Shown here piece by piece: positions 1-9,200 of a DNA stretch of 64,000 nt. Made by a program: the position numbers and the translations under genes. The DNA lies in contig CAVZBW010000007.1 in assembly GCA_963773635.1 (NCBI GenBank), positions 964-64,963 on the forward strand. Reading direction: 5' to 3'. Under the pieces are notes generated by a model. The model was not told the DNA's origin, ran no database searches, and saw only the letters and a list, made by a program, of their open reading frames with translations. This DNA comes from an uncultured Actinomycetes bacterium. GTDB taxonomy: Bacteria > Actinomycetota > Acidimicrobiia > Acidimicrobiales > RAAP-2. The first letter of the stretch is position 1, and the number at the start of each line of letters is the position of its first letter.

Positions 1-257
1 CCGCGGCCATGGGTGTCCCGCAGATCGCCGGACTGAGCGGCGGAGCCCACGAGGCGGTCGATGACGGGGTCACGGGACTGGTCGTGGATCGGCCACGCGA
101 CGCCGGAGCGGTCGCGCACGCGCTGCGGCAGCTCCTGTCGGACGAGAGTCGCCGGCGCGAGATGGGGCTCGCGGCCCGACGACGGGTCGAAGCGCACTTC
201 GACTACGCCCGTCTCGCACCTAGGCTGGCCAGCGCACTCGGAGAAGTGGGAGGCTGA
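1..257 (+). CDS. glycosyltransferase (GT-B/GT4-like), C-terminal fragment; 5' end lies outside the window
   Basis: ORF 9..257 reads GLSGGAHEAVDDGVTGLVV...RRREMGLAARRRVEAHFDY, the usual C-terminal end of GT4 glycosyltransferases. The frame is open to the window edge. Confidence 0.55.
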   Translation, partial: AAMGVPQIAGLSGGAHEAVDDGVTGLVVDRPRDAGAVAHALRQLLSDESRRREMGLAARRRVEAHFDYARLAPRLASALGEVGG

Positions 258-315
258 GCAGGCGCTGGCCGTGCTGCTTGGGCCCGTCGAGGGACGGGAC
301 TTGGCCGACAGGAGG

Positions 316-810
316 ATGACAGTGGCGGAATTGGCGACGGAACACACGGTGTTGTCGCCGCCGCCCGAGCGGTGCTTCGCGGTGATCGCCGACATCGAGC
401 GCTACCCGGAGTGGGTCGCGGACATCAAGCAGGTCGAGGTGCTCGAGCGGGATGGCGAGGGTCGTCCGGCACGGGTCCGATTCCGCTTGGCCGCCTTTGG
501 CCGGAGCACGACCTACACGCTCGCCTACGACTACTCCGAGGCGCCCCGGGTGCTCTCTTGGCGCATGGTGGAGGGGGACATCACCACCAAGCTCGACGGC
601 AGCTACATCTTCGGGCCCGCCGAGGGCGGTGGCACGGAGGTCACCTACCGGCTGGAGGTCGAGCTCCGGGTCCCGATTCCGGGCTTCATCAAACGCCGGG
701 CGCAGAGCAGGATCATGTCCACGGCTCTGCGGGAATTGCGACTCCGGGCGGAGTCCACCTCCTGGGAGGGGCGGGAGGCCGGTCAACGGTCGCGGCCCGC
801 TGGCGGATGA
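316..810 (+). CDS. SRPBCC / polyketide cyclase-dehydrase family protein
   Basis: Internal ATG at 316 in ORF 61..810. ERCFAVIADIERYPEWVADIK ... LSWRMVEGD ... GSY.F resembles the SRPBCC START-like fold. Upstream part of the ORF is low-complexity read-through. Confidence 0.65.
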   Translation: MTVAELATEHTVLSPPPERCFAVIADIERYPEWVADIKQVEVLERDGEGRPARVRFRLAAFGRSTTYTLAYDYSEAPRVLSWRMVEGDITTKLDGSYIFGPAEGGGTEVTYRLEVELRVPIPGFIKRRAQSRIMSTALRELRLRAESTSWEGREAGQRSRPAGG

Positions 811-844
811 GGTCCGCGGGGTCGCTCTGACCGCGACGACGGAC

Positions 845-1915
845 ATGCCGCGCCTCGGGGTCGATATCGGAGGCACCAAGGTCCTGGGCGTACTGGTGGA
901 CGACGAGAATCGGGTGGTGGCCCGGTCCCGACTGCCGACCCCGCAGGGGATGGTCAGCGGGGCGCGATTTGGCGGAGGTCCGGGTGCGCCGGGCGCGACG
1001 TCCCCGATCGCCGGGGAGGTGGTTGAGGTCGTCGCCCGTGTCGTTTCGGAGCTCGACCCGAAAGGAACGATCCCGGTGGGCGTCGGTGCCCCGGGCATGG
1101 TCGACGATCGGGGAGTGATCCGGTTCTCGCCGAACCTGCCGGCGCTTGCCGGGGCGGATCTCCCGATCATGCTGGCTGCACGGCTTCCTGGCCGGGAGGT
1201 CGCCGCGGGAAACGACGCGACGTGCGCGACGAGCGCGGAGCACGTGCTCGGGGCCGGTAGAGGCGCCCGCCACATGGTGATGGTCACCCTCGGGACGGGT
1301 ATCGGCGGCGGGGTGGTCGTGGACGGCGAAGTCGTCAGCGGAGCGACGGGATTTGCCGGCGAGGTGGGACACATGGTGGTCGATCGCAACGGACCGCCGT
1401 GCCCCTGCGGGGGGCGAGGGTGTTGGGAGCGATACGCCTCCGGTGGGGGACTCGGGCGGATGGCGAGGGATGCGGCGGCCGCAGGACTGCTGCCGGAGGT
1501 GGTGTCGATCGCCGGGGGTGACCCCGAGAGCGTGCGCGGCGAGCACGTGACCGACGCGGCCCTCGCCGGTGACCCTGGCGCCCGTCGAGTGCTCGAGGAC
1601 GCCGGCTGGTGGCTGGCCCTTGGGCTCGCGAATCTGACGGCTCTCCTCGACCCTGAGCGCATCGTCGTCGGCGGCGGCCTGGCCGCAGCGGGAGAGGTCC
1701 TCATGGCTCCCGCCCGCCAGGCGTTCTCGTCGCTCGTCGAGGGACGAGAGGCGCGACCCCCGGTGAGCATTCACCAGGCCGCACTGGGCGAGGAGGCCGG
1801 GGCGATCGGGGCGGCGTTGCTCGCGGGCAGACCCCACCGGGCGGATGCTCGTCGTAGCATGCGCCGGCTTGCCGATCGTGTGCGGGCGGCGAGAGGACCC
1901 CGGTCGAGGGGGTAG
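845..1915 (+). CDS. ROK-family glucokinase / sugar kinase
   Basis: MPRLGVDIGGTK N-terminal ATP motif. ROK zinc motif CPCGGRGCWERYASG. ATG at 845 is in frame with ORF 452..1915. Confidence 0.8.
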   Translation: MPRLGVDIGGTKVLGVLVDDENRVVARSRLPTPQGMVSGARFGGGPGAPGATSPIAGEVVEVVARVVSELDPKGTIPVGVGAPGMVDDRGVIRFSPNLPALAGADLPIMLAARLPGREVAAGNDATCATSAEHVLGAGRGARHMVMVTLGTGIGGGVVVDGEVVSGATGFAGEVGHMVVDRNGPPCPCGGRGCWERYASGGGLGRMARDAAAAGLLPEVVSIAGGDPESVRGEHVTDAALAGDPGARRVLEDAGWWLALGLANLTALLDPERIVVGGGLAAAGEVLMAPARQAFSSLVEGREARPPVSIHQAALGEEAGAIGAALLAGRPHRADARRSMRRLADRVRAARGPRSRG

Positions 1916-1971
1916 CGGCCGGCGCGGGCAGCCGGTCCGGGCGCCGCCAACCGGGGCGGTACGCTTGATGG

Positions 1972-3186
1972 GTGGAGTTCCGCCGCATCAACGGGCTACC
2001 CCCGTACGTCTTCAACACGATCAACGACCTCAAGCTCGAGACTCGACGGGCAGGCCGGGACGTGATCGACCTGGGCTTTGGCAATCCCGACCTGCCATCG
2101 CCCCCAGTCGCCGTGGAGAAGCTGGCGGAGGCCGCACGCAACCCGAGGAACCACCGCTATTCGGCCAGCCGGGGCATCCCTAAGCTGCGCTCCGCCTTCG
2201 CCGACCTCTACGAGCGCAAGTTCGGCGTGAGCCTCGACCCCGACGTCGAGGTGGTCACCACCATCGGGGCCAAAGAGGGCATGTCGCACCTCATGTGGGT
2301 GCTCCTCGGCCCCGGTGACTCGGCGCTCGTACCCTCGCCCTCCTATCCGATCCACATCTGGGCGCCCGTCTTCGCCGGGGCCGACGTGCGGCAGGTGCCG
2401 CTCGAGGGTCCCCGCGCCGGCGCACTCGGCGTCGATCCCGTCAGTCCCGGCGACGCCTTCTTCGAGGCGCTCATGGAGGCCTGGGAGTCGACCTGGCCTC
2501 GCCCGAGGGTGATCGTCGTCTCCTTTCCCCACAACCCCACCACCGCATGCGTGGATCTTCCCTGGATGGAGCGACTCGTCGAGTTTGCCCGCCAGCACGA
2601 GGTCGTGCTCGTGCACGATTTCGCCTATGCCGACATCGGTTTCGACGGGTATCAACCGCCCTCCATCCTCCAGGTGCCCGGGGCCAAGGACGTCGCGGTC
2701 GAGCTGTACACCCTGACCAAGTCGTTTTCGATGGCGGGATGGCGCGTCGGGTTCCTCGCCGGCAACCCGGAGATCGTCCAAGCGTTGACCAAGCTCAAGG
2801 GCTACCTCGACTACGGGAATTTCCAGCCCATCCAGATCGCGGCCATCGTCGCGATGAACGAGGCCTCGACCTATCCCTCGGAGATCTGCCGGATCTACGA
2901 GGAGCGTCGAGATGCTCTCTGTGACGGGCTAAACCGGATCGGGTGGCCGGTCGTGCCGCCGAGGGGGACGATGTTCGTGTGGGCCCCCGTTCCCGAGCCC
3001 TATCGCGAGATGGGATCGCTCGAGTTCTCGAAGTTCCTGGTCACGGACGCAGAGGTCGCCACGTCACCCGGCGTGGGCTTCGGTCCCGGGGGTGACGGTC
3101 ACGTGCGCTTCGCGCTCATCGAGAACGAGCAGCGCATCGGCCAGGCCGTCCGCAACCTTCGGAAGACCCTCACCAAGCTGGGCTGA
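1972..3186 (+). CDS. class I/II PLP-dependent aminotransferase (AlaT/AspC-like)
   Basis: N-terminus MEFRRINGLPPYVFNTINDLK, then SFPHNPT and TKSFSMAGWRVG (PLP-lysine context). Confidence 0.85.
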   Translation: MEFRRINGLPPYVFNTINDLKLETRRAGRDVIDLGFGNPDLPSPPVAVEKLAEAARNPRNHRYSASRGIPKLRSAFADLYERKFGVSLDPDVEVVTTIGAKEGMSHLMWVLLGPGDSALVPSPSYPIHIWAPVFAGADVRQVPLEGPRAGALGVDPVSPGDAFFEALMEAWESTWPRPRVIVVSFPHNPTTACVDLPWMERLVEFARQHEVVLVHDFAYADIGFDGYQPPSILQVPGAKDVAVELYTLTKSFSMAGWRVGFLAGNPEIVQALTKLKGYLDYGNFQPIQIAAIVAMNEASTYPSEICRIYEERRDALCDGLNRIGWPVVPPRGTMFVWAPVPEPYREMGSLEFSKFLVTDAEVATSPGVGFGPGGDGHVRFALIENEQRIGQAVRNLRKTLTKLG

Positions 3187-3215
3187 CCGCAGGCGCGGGT
3201 CTCGGCCCGCGACTC

Positions 3216-4118
3216 GTGAGTGTCGAACGTCCAATCTCTCGGGGCTCGCACGAGCAACCGGGAGTGCGCAGCTATAGCGTTCCCGTCGTGGGGTACTGGC
3301 TAGTCAAGCTGGCGGGCACGCCGCTCATGTACCTGTTCTGGAGGGTTCGCGTGGAGGGCAGGGAGCACCTGCCACGGCGCGGGCCGGCCATCATCGCCGC
3401 CAACCACCAGTCCTTTTGCGATTCGCTGTTCCTGCCGATGGTCCTCCGTCGCAGGCTCACCTTCCTCGCCAAGGCCGAGTACTTCGACGCTCGGCGGACG
3501 GCGTGGTTCTTTCGCGCCGTCGGGATGATCCCGATCCGACGGACCGGGGGCGACGTCTCGCAGCGGGCCCTCGAGACCGGAATCTCGGTACTGCGGCGAG
3601 GCCGGTTGCTCGGCGTGTACCCGGAGGGCACGAGGTCTCCCGACGACCGGGTCCACCGCGGGCGGACCGGGGCAGCCCGGATGGTCTTCGAGGCCGACGT
3701 CCCGGTGGTCCCGGTCGGCATCGTCGGAACCGACCGGGTCCAACCGGTCGGATCGCGCTTCGTCCATCCCTTCCGCTCGATCACCATTCGCTTTGGACCG
3801 CCCCTGCACGGTCACGACTTCATCCCCGGACCGGCTCAAGCGGTCGCGTCTACTGCGGCAGGAGACGCGGAGCCTGCACGGGACGCGGAGCCTGCGCGGG
3901 ATGCGGAGCCCCCGCATGAGCCCGACTGCACACGACTCCTGACCGACCGCCTGATGTGCGAGATCGCCCGACTCTCCGACCGTGCCTACGTGGACGAGTA
4001 CATCCCGGCCAGGGGTGCCCACGAAACCGAGCACGACGGGCTGCTGGCCCCCTCTGCCCGTGCAGTCCGGCTCGACGAGGCGCAGGCCGGTGCGGGGGAG
4101 ACGGGCCAGGTCGCCTGA
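3216..4118 (+). CDS. 1-acyl-sn-glycerol-3-phosphate acyltransferase (PlsC family)
   Basis: HX4D motif NHQSFCD and VYPEGTRS motif. The C-terminal tail holds an in-frame DAEPAR tandem repeat. Confidence 0.8.
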   Translation: MSVERPISRGSHEQPGVRSYSVPVVGYWLVKLAGTPLMYLFWRVRVEGREHLPRRGPAIIAANHQSFCDSLFLPMVLRRRLTFLAKAEYFDARRTAWFFRAVGMIPIRRTGGDVSQRALETGISVLRRGRLLGVYPEGTRSPDDRVHRGRTGAARMVFEADVPVVPVGIVGTDRVQPVGSRFVHPFRSITIRFGPPLHGHDFIPGPAQAVASTAAGDAEPARDAEPARDAEPPHEPDCTRLLTDRLMCEIARLSDRAYVDEYIPARGAHETEHDGLLAPSARAVRLDEAQAGAGETGQVA

Positions 4119-4154
4119 GCGTCGGACCACCGAGCATCGCCCGGATGTCGTAGC

Positions 4155-4430
4155 TTGATGGTCGTGGCGAGCTATCGACTCCGGATCCGACTGCCCGACC
4201 GGCCCGGCGCCCTGGGAGCCGTGGCCAGTCGCATCGGGGCCGTCGGGGGCGACATCGTCTCCATCGACATCCTGGGTCGCTCCGACGGCAGCGCGGTGGA
4301 CGAGTTCGTCATCGAGCTCGCAGGGGAGCACCTGGTGGGGCTCCTGCGCACCGAGGTGCACGAGGTCGACGGAGCGGTGGTCGAGGACGTGACCAGCGTG
4401 GAGCGCGAGCCCACGGGCACGGAGGACTGA
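4155..4430 (+). CDS. ACT-domain protein
   Basis: RLRIRLPDRPGALGAVASRIGAVGGDIVSIDIL is a typical ACT beta-alpha-beta start. High GC3. Confidence 0.6.
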   Translation: MMVVASYRLRIRLPDRPGALGAVASRIGAVGGDIVSIDILGRSDGSAVDEFVIELAGEHLVGLLRTEVHEVDGAVVEDVTSVEREPTGTED

Positions 4431-4448
4431 GCGCGCCGAGGCGCCGGT

Positions 4449-5975
4449 TCAGACCCGGAGCCACTCCCTGGACCGGTCGATCGCCCTCCGCCAGGGCGCG
4501 TATTGGGCATCCGCGACGGATCGGTCGACAGAGGGGGTGAACACACGGTCTGCGCTCCATAGATCGGACAGGTCCTCCAGCCCGCTCCAGACCCCGGCGC
4601 CAAGGCCGGCCAGGAACGCTGCTCCGAGCGCCGTGGACTCGGTCGAGCGAGGTCGCGCCACGGGCACCTGGAGCTGATCGGCCTGGAGCTGGAGGAGCAG
4701 GTCCATGACGGCCGCCCCCCCGTCGGCTCGGAGCTGCGACACCTCTTGTTGCCCCTCGGCCGTCATCGCCTGCACCATGTCGCGAACCTGGTAGACCATC
4801 GCCTCCACCACCGCACGGGCCAGCTGGGCCCGGCCGCTCCCCTTGGTGATGCCGAGGACCGTGCCGCGGGCGCCGGGATCCCACCACGGGCTGCCGAGGC
4901 CGGTGAACGCCGGCACCACGACGACGCCTCCCGAGTCCTCGACCGAGGTGGCGAGGGGGCCGATCTCGGATGCGTCGACGATGAGCCCGAGGCCGTCGCG
5001 TAGCCACTGGATGGCGGACCCCGAGTTAAACGCCGAGCCTTCCAGGGCGTAGGTCATCGGATGGTCTCCGCCACGGTCGCCCAGGTCCCACGCCGTGGTG
5101 ACGAGCAGGCCCTCGATCGGTGGCGGGGGCTCGGGCCCGCAATTGACGAGGACGAAGCTGCCCGTGCCGTAGGTCACCTTGCTCATCCCGGGTCCAAAGC
5201 AGGCCTGGCCGAAGAGCGCGGCATGCTGGTCTCCGGCGATTCCGCACACCGGCACCCCGCCCAGTCCGCCCGAGGCATCGACGACTCCGGGATCGATCTC
5301 GCCCAGCAGTCCGCAGGAGGGACGCACGTCCGGCAGGACGCCGACGGGCACGCCGAAGAGCGCACAGAGCTCGTGGTCCCACTCCCGCCGATGGATGTCG
5401 AAGAGGAGGGTGCGGCTCGCGTTCGTGGTGTCCGTGGCGAACACGCCCCCGTTCGGTCCCCCCGTGAGCCTCCACAAGAGCCACGAGTCGACCGTCGCCA
5501 GGGCGAGCTCGCCCCGCGCCGTCGCCGGGTCCAACCCGGCATCCTCGAGCAGCCACTGCATCTTGGTGGCGGAGAAGTACGGATCGAGCACGAGGCCCGT
5601 GCGTTGGCGCACCAGCGGTCGGAGCCCGCGCTCCTCCAGCTCTCGACAGCGGCGCGCCGTGCGACGGTCCTGCCACACGATGGCCCGATGGAGCGGCCGC
5701 CCGCTGCGCCGGTCCCAGGCCACGACCGTCTCTCGTTGATTGGTGAGGCCGAGGGCGGCGACGTCCCGGCCCGCCTCTCTCACGACAGCGCCCACCTCCT
5801 CGAGGGTGGCACGCGCCGTGGACCAGATCTCCTCGGCGTCGTGCTCCACCCACCCGGGCCTCGGGTAGTACTGGGTGAGGTCGCGCTGGGAGGTCGCCAC
5901 GACGGTGCCGGCCTCGTCGACCGCCACCGAGCGGACACTCGTGGTCCCGGCGTCGATGGCGATCACGCACGGCAT
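4449..5975 (-). CDS. glpK: glycerol kinase (FGGY family)
   Basis: 508 aa. IAIDAGTTSVR N-terminus, WVEHDAEEIW, QRETVVAWD and TYGTGSF are classic GlpK blocks. Confidence 0.9.
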   Translation of the reverse strand: MPCVIAIDAGTTSVRSVAVDEAGTVVATSQRDLTQYYPRPGWVEHDAEEIWSTARATLEEVGAVVREAGRDVAALGLTNQRETVVAWDRRSGRPLHRAIVWQDRRTARRCRELEERGLRPLVRQRTGLVLDPYFSATKMQWLLEDAGLDPATARGELALATVDSWLLWRLTGGPNGGVFATDTTNASRTLLFDIHRREWDHELCALFGVPVGVLPDVRPSCGLLGEIDPGVVDASGGLGGVPVCGIAGDQHAALFGQACFGPGMSKVTYGTGSFVLVNCGPEPPPPIEGLLVTTAWDLGDRGGDHPMTYALEGSAFNSGSAIQWLRDGLGLIVDASEIGPLATSVEDSGGVVVVPAFTGLGSPWWDPGARGTVLGITKGSGRAQLARAVVEAMVYQVRDMVQAMTAEGQQEVSQLRADGGAAVMDLLLQLQADQLQVPVARPRSTESTALGAAFLAGLGAGVWSGLEDLSDLWSADRVFTPSVDRSVADAQYAPWRRAIDRSREWLRV

Positions 5976-6055
5976 GAGGGCGGACGCTATCGCCGGAGTC
6001 GTCTGCTAACCATCGCGAACACCTCGCGACCTGGGCCGTCTGGGGCAGGGATCCA

Positions 6056-6085
6056 TTGACATCATCGTAACTACAGTGATGTAAT
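6056..6085 (+). promoter_or_regulatory. candidate sigma70-type promoter (TTGACA-N18-TGTAAT) for nrdJ
   Basis: TTGACA at 6056..6061 and TGTAAT at 6080..6085, inside a locally AT-rich patch of a high-GC genome, about 180 nt upstream of the nrdJ ATG. Confidence 0.4.
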
Positions 6086-6118
6086 AATCCTCCATCTCGT
6101 GGCTGGGTTGGTGCTCAA

Positions 6119-6134
6119 ACCCCATATATTGTGG
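6119..6134 (+). promoter_or_regulatory. candidate NrdR box
   Basis: ACCCCATATATTGTGG matches 13 of 16 positions of the NrdR consensus acaCwAtATaTwGtgt. It lies in the nrdJ leader. Confidence 0.45.
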
Positions 6135-6263
6135 TTTGAACGTCGGGAACGGAGAGCGGTCGGCCAGACCAGGGGGGTGTCACAGGCCCCCGGCAGACTG
6201 GTCGTGTCGGGCCACGGGGGCGGGCACCAGGACGAGGTTCCGTGACGGACAGAGGAGGGCGGC

Positions 6264-9200
6264 ATGGCCATCGCACCGCAACAGCTCGGTATCGGGCTCC
6301 GGCGACACTTCACCCGTGAGGGAGTGCACCCCTACGACGAGGTTCGCTGGGAGCGGCGCGACGCCCGGATCACCAACTTCCGGGACGGCACGGTGGCCTT
6401 CGAACAGCTCGGCGTGGAGGTGCCCGAGAGCTGGAGCGTCAACGCCACCAACATCCTGGCGCAAAAGTACTTCCGCGGCACCCTCGGGACGTCCGAGCGC
6501 GAGTGGTCGCTCAAGCAGGTCGCCGACCGCGTCGTCGACACCCTGACCGCCTGGGGCGTCAAGGACGGCTACTTCGTCGACGAGCGCGAGGCGGCCATCT
6601 TCCGGGACGAGCTCAAGTACCTGATCGTGCACCAGAGGGCGGCGTTCAACTCGCCCGTGTGGTTCAACATCGGCGTCGCCGGCGTGCCGCAGCAAGGCGC
6701 GGCCTGCCAGCCGTACGACGCACTGGTGAACACGCCGGATGGGCTTGTTCCGATCGGGCGCCTTGTCGAAGAGAATGCGGTCGGACGCAAGGTGTTGGAC
6801 GCGCACGGGGTGACGCGGATCCTTGCGACGAAGCACAACGGCAAGAAGGAAGTCCTCCGTATCCACACCAAGGCAGGCCACCAGTTGGATGTCACTCCGG
6901 ATCATCTGGTCTGGCGGCCCTCCGACGAGCGCTACGGAGCCTTCGTCCCGGCTTCCGAGCTTCGGCCCGGTGACAAGGTGACGTGGCATCGAAGCGAAGC
7001 ACAGGGTGGGAAGGAGTTCTCGCGCCGGTCGGTTGCCGAGGCGGCGCTCGCCGGGTGGCTGCAATCCGACGGATTCGTCGGTCAGTACGAAGGGACCAAC
7101 CGATCGTTGACCATCGAAGCGATGACGGTGACGGCGTCTGAGCGGGAATGGGTCTTGGCCGCCATCGATCGGGTGTTTCCCGAGGTGCACCGGCATGAGC
7201 GGAGCGTGGAGACCCTCGACTCCTCCCTGGATTGTCGCCGAATCCGGCTGTACGGGAAAGAGCTCACGAACTTTGTGGAGCACTGGGGTCTTCGATCCCG
7301 GGGCGCCGAGATGACGGTTCCTGAGCACCTCTTCACCGCAGCATTACCCGAGGTCGTGGCCTACCTCCGCAGCCTCTTCCAGGCTGAGGGTTCCGTCACC
7401 CTCAAAGAGCGCGGCGCCGTGATCGCGGTCGACATGGTCTCGGAAGGGATCATCCGTGGGGCGCAAGCGCTGCTGACGAGGCTCGGGATCTTCTCCCGTG
7501 TTCGGTTCAAGGCGGATCGCCGTGAGAATCGAAGGGGATGTTGGTCGCTCGCTATCCGCACGCTGGCGGATCGGCGCACCTTTGCCGACGAGATCGGGTT
7601 CGTCGACGAGAGAAAGGCCTGCAAGCTCGAGGACAGTCTCGACATTCCTGGACAGCCGAGTCGATCTTCCAAGCGGCTCGAGATCGAGCGGATCGAGTCC
7701 CTGGGCGAACTCGATGTCTACGACATCCAGACGGAGAGTGGCGAGTACCTGAGCAACAGCCTGCGGGTCCACAACTGTTTCATCCTCGCCGTCGACGACT
7801 CGATGGACTCCATCCTCAACTGGTACCGGGAGGAGGGCGTCATCTTCAAGGGCGGCTCCGGCGCCGGCGTGAACCTCTCGCGCATCCGCTCGTCGTTCGA
7901 GGGGCTCAAGGGCGGCGGGACGGCGTCGGGCCCCGTGAGCTTCATGCGGGGTGCGGACGCCTCGGCCGGCACCATCAAGAGTGGTGGCAAGACCCGGCGA
8001 GCCGCCAAGATGGTGATCCTCGACGCCGACCATCCCGACGTGGAGGACTTCATCTGGTGCAAGGCCCGGGAGGAGCGCAAGGCTCGCGTGCTGCGCGACG
8101 CGGGGTTCGACATGGACCTCGACGGGCTCGACAGCAATTCGCTCCAATACCAGAACGCCAACAACTCCGTCCGGGTCACCGACGAGTTCATGCAGGCCGT
8201 GGTCGACGATCGCGAGTGGGAGCTGACCGCTCGGACCACCGGAGAGGTGGTGCGGACCCTCCCGGCGCGGCAGCTGTTCCGGGAGATCGCGGAGGCCGCC
8301 TGGGAGTGCGCCGATCCGGGCCTCCAGTTCGACACCACCATCAACCGCTGGCACACGGCGCCCAACACCGGCCGGATCAACGGCAGCAACCCGTGTTCAG
8401 AGTATCTGCATATAGATAACTCCGCCTGCAATCTCGCGAGCCTCAACCTGCTCACCTTTCTGGACGAGGACGGGGCGTTCGACGTCGACGGGTTCAAGGC
8501 CGCCGTCGAGGTGGTGTTCACCGGTCAGGAGATCCTCGTTGGCAACGCCGACTACCCGACAGAGCCCATCGCGGAGAACTCGCGACGCTTCCGCCAGCTT
8601 GGTCTCGGCTACGCCAACCTCGGTGCGTTGCTGATGGCCCAGGGCCTGCCGTACGACTCGGACGGCGGCCGTGCGTGGGCGGGTGCCCTCACGGCGCTCC
8701 TCACGGGCCACGCCTATGCCACTTCGGCCCGCACCGCGGCCCGGATGGGGCCCTTCGCCGGGTTCCACGAGAACGCCGAGCCGATGATCAACGTGCTTCG
8801 GATGCACCAGGCGGAGGCGGCCAAGATCGACGAGGAGCTCGTCCCGCCCGAGCTGCTCTCGTCCGCCCAGGAGTCCTGGGACCTGGCCGTCGAGCTCGGC
8901 GAGCAGTACGGCGTGCGCAACTCCCAGGCCAGCGTGCTCGCGCCGACCGGGACCATCGGCCTGCTCATGGACTGCGACACCACGGGGGTCGAGCCGGACC
9001 TGGGCCTGGTCAAGACCAAGAAGCTGGTGGGTGGCGGGACGATGTCGATCGTCAACCAGACCGTCCCCCGGGCGCTGCGCCGGCTCGGCTACGGACCCGA
9101 CCAGGTCGATGAGATCGTCTCTCACATCGACGAGCACAATTCGATCGTCGGGGCCCCCCACCTTCGGCCGGAGCACCTCGCGGTCTTTGCCTGCTCGATG

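Noticed and set aside
220-1770. 516-aa minus-strand ORF (and 713..1837) overlapping the SRPBCC and ROK genes
   Set aside because: Arg/Pro/Ser/Thr-rich low-complexity translation with no motifs. It is a typical antisense shadow ORF of a high-GC genome, and the plus-strand genes have clear family signatures.
6087-6102. Second NrdR box at the canonical ~31-bp spacing
   Set aside because: Only 9 of 16 positions match the consensus, which is not distinguishable from background.
6140-6263. Cobalamin riboswitch in the nrdJ leader
   Set aside because: I could not find the B12-box (rAGYCMGgAgaCCkGCc-like) or the conserved GGGAA/GGTG core. Only a generic GC stem is present. B12 riboswitches usually control B12-independent RNRs rather than nrdJ.
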